From NCBI GenBank assembly GCA_018222345.1, contig JAAFAL010000003.1, positions 593 to 64,592 on the forward strand: a DNA stretch of 64,000 nucleotides, read 5' to 3'. This DNA comes from a bacterium. Its GTDB lineage: Bacteria > Pseudomonadota > Gammaproteobacteria > Nevskiales > OUC007. The translations under genes were made by a program, and so were the position numbers. The notes beneath the pieces are model-generated. The model searched no databases. It was not told the DNA's origin and saw only the letters and a program-made list of their open reading frames with translations. This document shows positions 30,148 to 38,586 of this stretch, piece after piece (within the stretch, counting starts at the first letter, position 1; every line of letters starts with the position of its first letter).

Positions 30148-31044
30148 ATGGGGACATGGGGCACAAGCATTCGGGTGTTGGTTGCCAGTGCAGGCAGCAT
30201 GCTGCTGAGCGCGTGCGGCGGCGACTTGCTCGGCCACCCAGGCGCCGCGCAGCCTGATACGGCGCGGCAGCATTTCAGCCAAGAAGCCCACGCGCTCATC
30301 GCGCGCAGCTTTGCCGGTTTGCCTGCGCCGCTTGTGGACGTTGCCGCTTGGCCCCAACCGGGGCTGCGGGACGCGTTACCCGCGCCATGGCAACACGCGG
30401 CGTTCGATGACGCCACGCAAGGCAGCATGCGGCACAGCCTGTTTCGCAACCAAGTGGCTTTGGGCCACCCCGTACGCGCTGTCGTGCCTTTTGCCAAGAA
30501 CCGTTGGCCGGCAAATGCCAACTGGCAGCCCCGTGCTAGCAACAATGCTGGCGCCGGCACGCTGTGGCTGGATGCCAGCGCCCCGGACGGCGCGTGGCGC
30601 GAACAACTGAATGAAGCGCCAGATGGGCAAAGGCTCGTGCTGGTGCATTGCGGCGCACAGCAACTCGACAGCTTGCGCGCCTGCCTGCAAGCCCTGCGTG
30701 ATGACGACAATGTTTGGTTGGCGCTGGGCGGCCTGACCACGCGCGATGCCAGTCCGGCCAGTTTGATGTTGCTGCTACAACAAACCGCCCTGCACACGCG
30801 CTACCGCTGGTCCAGCGCGTGGCCCACGCCGGCGATCAATTGGTTGGTTTGGCTGCGGCCGCTCGCCAAACACGGGTTTATCGATCCGGCTGACATCGCG
30901 CCGCTACGCGAGATCTACGCCGACAACCCGCTGCTGTTCGATGTGGTGCTTTGGCGCAGCATTCGCTTGCCCGGCACTGAGGTTGGGTTGCCAGCGGAAA
31001 TATTCGCTGGCTTGCCCGAGGCGGCGACAGACGACGACAGCTAG
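30148..31044 (+). CDS. hypothetical lipoprotein, 298 aa
   Basis: Inner ATG MGTWGTSIRVLVASAGSMLLSAC|GG. No family recognised. The C-terminal ...IYADNPLLFDVVLW faintly recalls amidohydrolase_2 ends. The 30103 start would abut the tRNA. Confidence 0.5.
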   Translation: MGTWGTSIRVLVASAGSMLLSACGGDLLGHPGAAQPDTARQHFSQEAHALIARSFAGLPAPLVDVAAWPQPGLRDALPAPWQHAAFDDATQGSMRHSLFRNQVALGHPVRAVVPFAKNRWPANANWQPRASNNAGAGTLWLDASAPDGAWREQLNEAPDGQRLVLVHCGAQQLDSLRACLQALRDDDNVWLALGGLTTRDASPASLMLLLQQTALHTRYRWSSAWPTPAINWLVWLRPLAKHGFIDPADIAPLREIYADNPLLFDVVLWRSIRLPGTEVGLPAEIFAGLPEAATDDDS

Positions 31045-31517
31045 CGGATCGTCTCTTGCACGGGCAGCACAACAACCGGCGAGCCATCCGTTCCCGCCTG
31101 TAGCTTGCCCTGGCGGCGCAACTGCAACTTGCCCGCACCCACTGCGACCGGAACAGCCAGCGCCCGGTGTTCAAGACGCCCACGGCGCTGCGTGGTTATC
31201 AGCAAATTGACATACCCCCGCCCGGCATCGCCGGCCTCGATAAGCAGCGGCACTTCGACCACTTCGCCGGCGGCCGCGGCAAAACCACCGGCCAGCCCTC
31301 CACTGACACTGCGCAGGCCATCGGGTGGCAGCACGCTGACACGCAGCGTATCCACATGCTGTCGCACCAAAATAGCCACCTGCGCCTGCAATTGGCTGTG
31401 CGGCTGAACGTTTAGCGTACCGGGCTGCAATGCGACTGGCGCGCCTGGTTTGGCTAGTGCCGCCGTGGCTGTTGCCAAGCTGAGGGCGACCAACGCGAAA
31501 AGACAAATGTGACGCAT
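31041..31517 (-). CDS. small secreted protein, 158 aa, coupled to the metalloprotease gene
   Basis: Signal peptide MRHICLFALVALSLATATAALA|KPG. Its ATG overlaps the protease stop (TGATG). Confidence 0.6.
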   Translation of the reverse strand: MRHICLFALVALSLATATAALAKPGAPVALQPGTLNVQPHSQLQAQVAILVRQHVDTLRVSVLPPDGLRSVSGGLAGGFAAAAGEVVEVPLLIEAGDAGRGYVNLLITTQRRGRLEHRALAVPVAVGAGKLQLRRQGKLQAGTDGSPVVVLPVQETIR

Positions 31518-33178
31518 CAGTCCACCTCAATATTCATGGTCAGGCAAAACTGACCGGGTGAGCCGCCACCGGTGTTTGCAAACGCAGACATGGCGAGAAC
31601 ATGCTCGCCGGGGTTTAGCGCCACGGTGACGGACTCGCTATCCGCCTGGCCACTGAAGCCGGTTGCCACTCGCTGGCCTAGGCGATCTACGATGAAGTCA
31701 GGGTCGCTCGCACCGGTAAGCGTAAAGGTATAGCTACCAGAGGTACTCACGTTGAAGCGCCCGAAGCGCCAGTTCGACAGCTTGTTCGGCGTACCAAATG
31801 TATCGACCGAACAAATCGGGCCATTGCTGCCCAGCCCCAGCGTCGTGTAGATCGGCAGCACGTTACTGGCGCCTTCATTATTGGTTTCGTTGGCGCCAAA
31901 CGCGTCAAGCTGTGTGCCGCTAACGATCTGCTGGCCAGCAAGTAATTGGTCGATCTGGCTTTGGTTGGCTGCTTGCGCTGCGCGCAACTGGGTCATGTAT
32001 GAAAACACACTGGTAAAGGCCGCACTGCTGCGATACCCGCTCGCTGTCAGAATGTCGTAAAGCGGCGCCAATCCGAGGGTGATGTCGTCGCTATCGGCAG
32101 CGTCGTTGGTGCTGTCGTACAAGTCGTAAAGCAGCTCTTGCACGCTTGCCTCCGAGAACCAACCTACGGAGTTGTCGTCGCCGCTCTCCACGTTTATGGC
32201 AAAGCCTAGTTGTTGTCGCTCGCCAAATGCGTCCCGATAAAACGGGTCGTCGGTCACCATGCCCGACAAGGCATTGCCAAAGCCTTCGCCGAAGGCCACG
32301 CGCATGTCCAGGCGGTCATCCCGCCCATGCGGGCCGCCGACGGAATCGGAACGCGACAGGCGGTCTTCGAAATAATGGCCCCATTCATGGATGACGACAT
32401 GGTCGTCATACTCATCGGTGTCCAGGCCGGCCGCGCCCAGCAAAACCAGATTGCTGACACTGCCAAAGCGCGTGTAGAACGATGTAATGACTTCTCCGGT
32501 CGGCAGGTTTGGCTGGCCGTTTCCAGGTGTGACCGGGCGATTGTCTACGCTCCAATTCACGCGCAACAACGGGAAGTTGATCGTGCTGTCCACGGCAGCG
32601 AAGTCGGACAGCGCCTCGTAAATCGAGTCGGCAATGGCAAATGGTGCGGCCGAGCGCGGCGCGCCGTAGCTGCTACCTGTCCAGCCCGACGGCAAATGCA
32701 GGTCGCGCGTGGAATCGCTGGTGCCCGTGCCGGCAATCGCGCCATCGGCCACGTACAAGGCACTGCCCTGGGTGTTATCAATCACCTGCACGGACCATGC
32801 GGGCTGGCCGCCGCCGGACTGCTGCAACTCGGCACGGGCACGCAGCTTGAGGTTGAGGTTTTCAGCCACCGAGAAGCTGAACTGACCGGCATCATCGGTC
32901 GTCGCGGTGTCGCAAACGTCATCGTTGCCATTGAGCAACTGCACCGTAATTTGCCGCGCTGGGGCGGCAACGGTGCTTTCATAGTCCAGGCCATTGGTGG
33001 CGGGGTTGGACGGCACCCGGTCGTAGGTGATGGTGCCAGCTAGCTGCAAGCTGCCACTCGCGCAGGCCGTCACAGGCAGCGGTGCGGGCGCAGCAGACTG
33101 GCCGCCGCCTCCACCACCGCATGCGGCAAGCGCAGCCGTCGTGGCGAGGCAAGTTAACTGGAGGGCGCGGCGCATCAT
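31517..33178 (-). CDS. lipoprotein zinc metalloprotease (HExxH) with CarboxypepD_reg-like N-domain and PPC-like C-domain
   Basis: Inner ATG MMRRALQLTCLATTAALAAC|GGGGGG. HExxH motif is VVIHEWGHYFED, with downstream GEGFGNALSG. The C-terminal ~90 aa resemble a pre-peptidase C-terminal domain. The MEROPS family is not identified. Confidence 0.7.
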   Translation of the reverse strand: MMRRALQLTCLATTAALAACGGGGGGQSAAPAPLPVTACASGSLQLAGTITYDRVPSNPATNGLDYESTVAAPARQITVQLLNGNDDVCDTATTDDAGQFSFSVAENLNLKLRARAELQQSGGGQPAWSVQVIDNTQGSALYVADGAIAGTGTSDSTRDLHLPSGWTGSSYGAPRSAAPFAIADSIYEALSDFAAVDSTINFPLLRVNWSVDNRPVTPGNGQPNLPTGEVITSFYTRFGSVSNLVLLGAAGLDTDEYDDHVVIHEWGHYFEDRLSRSDSVGGPHGRDDRLDMRVAFGEGFGNALSGMVTDDPFYRDAFGERQQLGFAINVESGDDNSVGWFSEASVQELLYDLYDSTNDAADSDDITLGLAPLYDILTASGYRSSAAFTSVFSYMTQLRAAQAANQSQIDQLLAGQQIVSGTQLDAFGANETNNEGASNVLPIYTTLGLGSNGPICSVDTFGTPNKLSNWRFGRFNVSTSGSYTFTLTGASDPDFIVDRLGQRVATGFSGQADSESVTVALNPGEHVLAMSAFANTGGGSPGQFCLTMNIEVD

Positions 33179-33251
33179 GCAAGCCTCAAAGCTCAGGCTG
33201 GCCAGTGTGCCCGCGTGACGCCTAGTGGTAAAGCGACGGATCGATGGCCTG

Positions 33252-33845
33252 TCAAGCTGTGCCCACACCCAGCCCACACAACGTCTGGCGCAATGCAGGT
33301 AACACCTCCGCTGCAAACCACGGACGATCACGCAGCCACTTTTGATTCCTGGGGCTGGGGTGCGGCAACGGGAACACATCCGGCAGGTATTCGGCGTACG
33401 CCGCAACGGTGTCCGACAAGCTGCGTTTGCGCCGCGCGCCAAGCTCGTAGGCCTGTGCATGCGCGCCGATGGCCAGCACCAACTGCAGCTTAGGCATCAC
33501 GCCGCGCAAGCGCGGTTGCCATAGCGGCGCGCACTCGGGGCGTGGTGGCAGGTCGCCGCCGCGGCCTTTGCCGGGATAGCACAGGCCGGTGGGCACAATG
33601 GCGAGTTTGGGGTGGGCGTAAAACTGCGCGCGATCCAGTTGCAGCCAGTCGCGCAGGCGGTTGCCGGACGGGTCATCCCAGGGCACACCGCTGGCGTGCA
33701 CCTTGGTGCCCGGCGCGTGGCCCAAAATCAATACTGTGGCGGCGCGGCGCACGGTAAACACTGGGCGCGGGCCGCATGGCAGATGCTCGGCGCATACCGT
33801 GCAAGCACTCGCAGCCGCCGAAACCTGTGCAAGCGTTTCAGCCAT
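33252..33845 (-). CDS. uracil-DNA glycosylase superfamily protein
   Basis: Inner ATG MAETLAQV... Motifs ILGHAPG and PLPHPSPRN correspond to UDG motifs A and B. 197 aa. Confidence 0.75.
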   Translation of the reverse strand: MAETLAQVSAAASACTVCAEHLPCGPRPVFTVRRAATVLILGHAPGTKVHASGVPWDDPSGNRLRDWLQLDRAQFYAHPKLAIVPTGLCYPGKGRGGDLPPRPECAPLWQPRLRGVMPKLQLVLAIGAHAQAYELGARRKRSLSDTVAAYAEYLPDVFPLPHPSPRNQKWLRDRPWFAAEVLPALRQTLCGLGVGTA

Positions 33846-33856
33846 CACCCATTGGC

Positions 33857-34789
33857 TCAGCCGCCGCGCGGTACATCCAACCAGCGCACGCCGGCCATAC
33901 CGCTTTGCAGCACAGCATCGCGCAATTGGCTGACGGCAGCGCCGCGCGGGAACTGTCGGCGCCAGGCCAGGGCAATGCGCCGTGTTGGCACAGGGGATTC
34001 CAAAGGCCGCGCCACCAAGGCGGCGGGGTCGTCGGGGCGGTTTTGCAGCGAACTTTGCGGCAACACGGTAATGCCCAGGCCGCTGGCCACCATGTGGCGG
34101 ATGGTCTCCAGGCTGCTGCCCGTTTGCGGCCGCGGCTGGCCAGGTTTGTAGTCGGTGCATTCCGGGCAGGCTTCTACGACCTGGTCGCGGAAACAATGGC
34201 CAGGCCCGAGCAGTAGCAGGTGCTCGCCGGCCAACTCGCGTGACGGCACAGCATCGCGCTGCGCCCAGGCGTGGGCCTCGGGCATGACGACGGCAAAGTC
34301 TTCGTCATACACCGGCCAGGTGTCCACGCCCGGCTGGTCAATGGGTAAGGCGATCAGCACCACGTCGAGGTCGTTGTTCTTGAGCTGTTGCAGCAAGTTG
34401 ACGGTGAAGTTTTCCTCGATCACCAGCGGCATCTTCGGCGCCAGTTCGCGCAGCTTGGGCACCAAGTGCGGCAGCAAATACGGGCCGACGGTGTAGATGG
34501 CGCCCAGCCGCAGCGGCCCGGCCAGTTCATCCTGCCCAGCCTGGGCGATGGCCTCGATGGTGGCGGCCTCGGCAAGTACAACGCGCGCCTGCTCGATGAT
34601 GCGCTCGCCCACCGGCGTCGGCTTGGCCTCGCCACGGGCGCGCTCGAACAACGTCACGCCCAGTTGATCCTCCAACTTGCGCAGCGCCACCGACAGGCTG
34701 GGCTGCGAGACGAAGCTGCGCTCGGCCGCGCGGCCAAAATGGCGCTCGGTGTCTAGCGCGACGAGGTAACGGAGTTCGGTGAGGGTCAT
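33857..34789 (-). CDS. oxyR: LysR-family hydrogen peroxide sensor OxyR
   Basis: HTH MTLTELRYLVALDTERHFGRAAERSFVSQPSLS. Redox pair GHCFRDQVVEAC has the same 9-residue Cys spacing as E. coli C199/C208. Confidence 0.85.
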   Translation of the reverse strand: MTLTELRYLVALDTERHFGRAAERSFVSQPSLSVALRKLEDQLGVTLFERARGEAKPTPVGERIIEQARVVLAEAATIEAIAQAGQDELAGPLRLGAIYTVGPYLLPHLVPKLRELAPKMPLVIEENFTVNLLQQLKNNDLDVVLIALPIDQPGVDTWPVYDEDFAVVMPEAHAWAQRDAVPSRELAGEHLLLLGPGHCFRDQVVEACPECTDYKPGQPRPQTGSSLETIRHMVASGLGITVLPQSSLQNRPDDPAALVARPLESPVPTRRIALAWRRQFPRGAAVSQLRDAVLQSGMAGVRWLDVPRGG

Positions 34790-34822
34790 GGCCCAATGTT
34801 GCGCCGGCGCGCGCCCGCAGGC

Positions 34823-34858
34823 AAGAAAAAGGCCCGCCAGGACAAGTCCGGGCGGGCC
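34823..34858 (-). terminator. rho-independent terminator of the S8 protease gene
   Basis: On the minus strand: ggcccgcc...ggcgggcc, an 8-bp GC stem with an inner 3-bp extension, followed by tttttctt. Confidence 0.7.
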
Positions 34859-34878
34859 AATTCAGTCAGCAATGACTA

Positions 34879-37800
34879 CTAGCGAACCCTGCGACGGGCC
34901 AAGCCGCCCAGCAACAGCAGGGCTAGCAAGCCGGCGCCGAAGCTGCCGCCGGCACCGCCACTTGCCACGGCGGGAGTGCCGGTGCCTGGTTGTTCGACAT
35001 CGACCACGCCGGTAACGCCGGATGGTGCTGCACAGGTGTCGTTGCCTACCAAGGTGTAGTCGTTCTGCGCCGCCGCGCTATCCACGGTGAGGCCGGCACC
35101 ATTGGCTGGGTTGGTGGTTTGGCGAACGCTAACGGCGAGGGCCGTCAACGCATCACCGGCTTGCAAGCCAAATTGCGCCTTGTCCATCACCAGCGTAATC
35201 AGCCCGTCAGTGGTGAACGTGCTGGTGTCGCTGATCGTGCCGAGCGTCTCGAAAGTACCTAGGCCGGTCAGCACCGGCAGGCCGGTTTCAACGATTGCAT
35301 AGGACCCATAGTTGAACGTCGGCACACCCGTTGTCGTATCCATGTTCACCCAATACAGGGTGTCGTCACCCGGGACCGAGAAGTAGTAGTACCAACGGTG
35401 GTTAGCGACCGGCTGGGGCGACAAGTTATCGACCTTGATCGAGAACACCACCGTGCCCGGCAGGTCCGTCGGCTCAGCAACCCACGCTTGGCGTACGTCT
35501 TCCTGACCCGACGGCGTTCCGTTGCCGGTCAGGCCCACAGGGCTGGTCATCATGGTGAAGCCAGGCAGCTCACAAGTGCGCTCGTTTGACGGCGGCGGTG
35601 TGCCAGCAGGCAATTGGATTGTGAATGCGCGGCCGTACATGACGTTGTCGGGCAGCGTGTCACCAGATGCACTCGGCGCGACATCGACAACGCCGAGATC
35701 ACCGGAGGCGATAACACGGATGTTGTGAACCGGCTCGTTCAGCCCCGGCGCGCCTTGTTGTAGGTAAGGCACGAATGCGCTGATGACATTGCCAGCCACA
35801 CTGACAGATTGCGCAATCGAGTTGTTGGTCGGCCCGGGTTCTGCAGCGACGGCAGTCGTGGCGTCATTCAGCACAACAGTCGTCGAGAACGGCAAACCCG
35901 CCACATTGCGGTCGATCTGGTAGCTGACCGGCGTGCCGGAGCTGACGTCGGCCACCGTCAGGCGGTAGGTGATACCAGTCACGCCATCAACGGTCTCATC
36001 TTGCATCGTCAAAGTGACCACATCACCAGCATCGCCAGTGTCATTGTCGCCATCAAACACGATGAACTCTTCACCGGCCGGTGGTAGGCCGTCGCCGCGC
36101 GCACCGAGTGCATCGAGGATGGCCGGCATGTCAACCAAGCCAGCACCGTATCCGTGGTGGATCGTGCTGCCCGGATTCTGAGGATCAGGCTCATAGCCGT
36201 CACCCACCTTGCGCGCCGTATCTTGAATGATGTCCTCAATCTCGGCTGGCGTCAGTGTCGGATCGACCTGCTTCATCAAGCCGATGATGCCGGTGATATG
36301 CGGCGTAGCCATCGACGTACCCGAGATGGTGCCGTACCACGGCGCCCACTGGGTTTCGGCGGCATTGCTTTCACCACCGGTGCAAATGGCCTGGGTGCCG
36401 TCACCCTGCAAGCAGGTTGATGTGATGGTGTCGCCCGGGGCTGCGATGTCGGGGTAGTCAGTCGGGCCAAATTCAATCAGGCCGCGGCTGGAGAACCCCG
36501 ACAGCGGCGCATTGCGGTCGCCAGAACCTTGGTCGTTGTATGACGCTACGCAAATAACACCCGGGGTCGGGTCTTTACAGGTAGGCGACGTACGGGTTTC
36601 GTCCATCGCATTGCCGTCACCATCGTTACCGGCGGCAAACGCCATGACCACACCGGATTCGACGATATCCTTGATCAGGCAGGACGCCGTGGCGCTCGGG
36701 CTATACGGGCCGGGGTCCGAGCCGTAGGAGTTGTTCACTGCAGCCAGCGGTGGGTCAAACGTGTCGAGATTGGCGAGCATATGCTCGTAGGCAGTCACGG
36801 CTGACAACACAAACAGGCCAGCACCATGTGCCCAGTGAATGATCTGCGAATCCGGTGCGGCACCGGTAAAGCTACCTTCAATAAATGGAGCCACGTCGGC
36901 CATTGGGTACAAACCCTTACCCGACTCGTCTCCGCGGCCTGCAACCGTTCCCGTCACATGGGTACCGTGGCCACCGGCTGCGTTTTCAGAGTTTGTAGGG
37001 CCAACATCGGCGTATTGCGGCACCTCGACGAGCGCATTGCCATCTGGGTCGGCCACATCACCAACAACAAAGTTGACCAACTTAAAGTTGTGCAACAAAT
37101 TCTCGGCAAAGTCTGCGTGCGAACCCTGCAGGCCGCTGTCGATAACACCCAAGGTCACGCCTTGGCCCGTCACAATCCGGCCTTGCGCATCACGATAAGG
37201 CCCACCGGATACCGCCTCTTGCGCCACGCGGACGCGGGTTGCCCAGCTTTGGGTATCGCCCAGCAGTCGAATCGGATGGTTGTGCTCAATGCGGCTGACC
37301 ATCGGGTTATTCATCAACGTAAAAAACGCTGGCACAGGTCCGTGCAGGAACATCGACTTGGCGTGCTGCCGATAGTCGCCCACTGCGAACAGGCCTAATG
37401 TCGAAACCAATGCGTCTTGTTGTTTCTGCGTGCCACTGTTGAAGTGCACGAATGCACCGTAGTTGGCCGCATTACCCAGAAAGGTCAAATCCTGCGCGAC
37501 GGCTGGGTCAATAATGACCCCACCAGCTTCTGTCGCTTCGCCGGTCGCCTCGCAAGGGTCGGCACCTGCGGCACCACCACGCACTAACGACACCGTCAGG
37601 TCGGCAGTCGCACCGGCGGTGTTGAACAGCACAGCAACAATTCGCGCTGTGCTCGGAATGTCGGAAATCGGAACCTGAGTTGACTCAGGGTTACCGCTAC
37701 TGGCGGCCTGACCAACGATGTTGTCCTGATCATCGTAAACGTACAGGTCAATGTCGTCGGCACCGCTTGGACCATCGAATGCGACATCGACTTGGATGAC

Positions 37801-38055
37801 GAAGTCAGGATTGGCGCTGCGGAAACCATCGGACAAATCCAACGTCAAGATGTACTCGTCGCAGTCAGCCCCGCTGGGTGTGCAAACAGGCTCGCCTGCA
37901 GTAGGAGACGGGTTGGTCGCCACGTAGGGGCCGCCCGTCGCAGTGAGTTGCGCAGCACCGCCCTCAGCGATAGTGCCTTCAGACGGCTCGAACGCCAGCG
38001 CGGTGCCGGCAAAAAACAGTGCAGCGGCCGCTGCAAATCTTCCCAGATTGAACAT
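34879..38055 (-). CDS. secreted subtilisin-like serine protease (S8) with GlyGly-CTERM-like sorting tail
   Basis: Inner ATG MFNLGRFAAAAALFFAGTALA|FEP. Catalytic triad context is GVIDSGL (Asp), HGTHVTGTVAG (His) and GTSMATPHITG (Ser). C-terminus is ...SGGAGGSFGAGLLALLLLGGLARRRVR. Confidence 0.9.
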   Translation of the reverse strand: MFNLGRFAAAAALFFAGTALAFEPSEGTIAEGGAAQLTATGGPYVATNPSPTAGEPVCTPSGADCDEYILTLDLSDGFRSANPDFVIQVDVAFDGPSGADDIDLYVYDDQDNIVGQAASSGNPESTQVPISDIPSTARIVAVLFNTAGATADLTVSLVRGGAAGADPCEATGEATEAGGVIIDPAVAQDLTFLGNAANYGAFVHFNSGTQKQQDALVSTLGLFAVGDYRQHAKSMFLHGPVPAFFTLMNNPMVSRIEHNHPIRLLGDTQSWATRVRVAQEAVSGGPYRDAQGRIVTGQGVTLGVIDSGLQGSHADFAENLLHNFKLVNFVVGDVADPDGNALVEVPQYADVGPTNSENAAGGHGTHVTGTVAGRGDESGKGLYPMADVAPFIEGSFTGAAPDSQIIHWAHGAGLFVLSAVTAYEHMLANLDTFDPPLAAVNNSYGSDPGPYSPSATASCLIKDIVESGVVMAFAAGNDGDGNAMDETRTSPTCKDPTPGVICVASYNDQGSGDRNAPLSGFSSRGLIEFGPTDYPDIAAPGDTITSTCLQGDGTQAICTGGESNAAETQWAPWYGTISGTSMATPHITGIIGLMKQVDPTLTPAEIEDIIQDTARKVGDGYEPDPQNPGSTIHHGYGAGLVDMPAILDALGARGDGLPPAGEEFIVFDGDNDTGDAGDVVTLTMQDETVDGVTGITYRLTVADVSSGTPVSYQIDRNVAGLPFSTTVVLNDATTAVAAEPGPTNNSIAQSVSVAGNVISAFVPYLQQGAPGLNEPVHNIRVIASGDLGVVDVAPSASGDTLPDNVMYGRAFTIQLPAGTPPPSNERTCELPGFTMMTSPVGLTGNGTPSGQEDVRQAWVAEPTDLPGTVVFSIKVDNLSPQPVANHRWYYYFSVPGDDTLYWVNMDTTTGVPTFNYGSYAIVETGLPVLTGLGTFETLGTISDTSTFTTDGLITLVMDKAQFGLQAGDALTALAVSVRQTTNPANGAGLTVDSAAAQNDYTLVGNDTCAAPSGVTGVVDVEQPGTGTPAVASGGAGGSFGAGLLALLLLGGLARRRVR

Positions 38056-38586
38056 GTTTAGCTCTCTAAAGTTGTAGTGATCGCGCCGGGGGTAAGCAGC
38101 GACCAGAGTTGGCACAGCGGGCTAAAAGCGCCGCGGACAAATGCCCGTGTTTAGCGGAAATGTCACGCACTGTGCCTCAATGCATAGTCTATGAAACCAC
38201 TAACAAGGTGAATATTGTGTAAAAATAACCGACCAGCCCAAGCAACCCGATAGTCGCGCAAATCTCTGAATAAAAAGCATTTAATTCAAATATTAAACTT
38301 TAATTCATTATCACAGGGCTGTTTTTCTTGCCAAAGCGGCGCGCTTTCCGACAAACGGCGCGGCAGGTAAAACGTCTGCCGCTAGCCACTCAAATAGCGT
38401 GCCAATGTGTCGAATTCGGTCGCCGGCGAGTTATTGCGCCGCGGCCAAAATGACAGCCGGCGTCTCACGCAACAAGGTGCGAGTAACGTGCCACGCGCCC
38501 CGCCTCAATGCCAGAACCACCAGCCCTGAGACCTATAACACCGACCCAGAGTCAGTTAGCCTCCGGATCGGTGTATCGCGCGTGAT

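Noticed and set aside
29846-30166. ORFs of 106 aa (-) and 74 aa (+) across the tRNA-Arg locus
   Set aside because: They are made of the tRNA gene and its remnant, so they are not coding.
38392-38408. Sigma54-like element TGGCAC-N5-TTGA on the minus strand upstream of the S8 protease
   Set aside because: The -12 element lacks the invariant GC. It lies about 340 bp from the start codon, and no enhancer-binding-protein gene is nearby.
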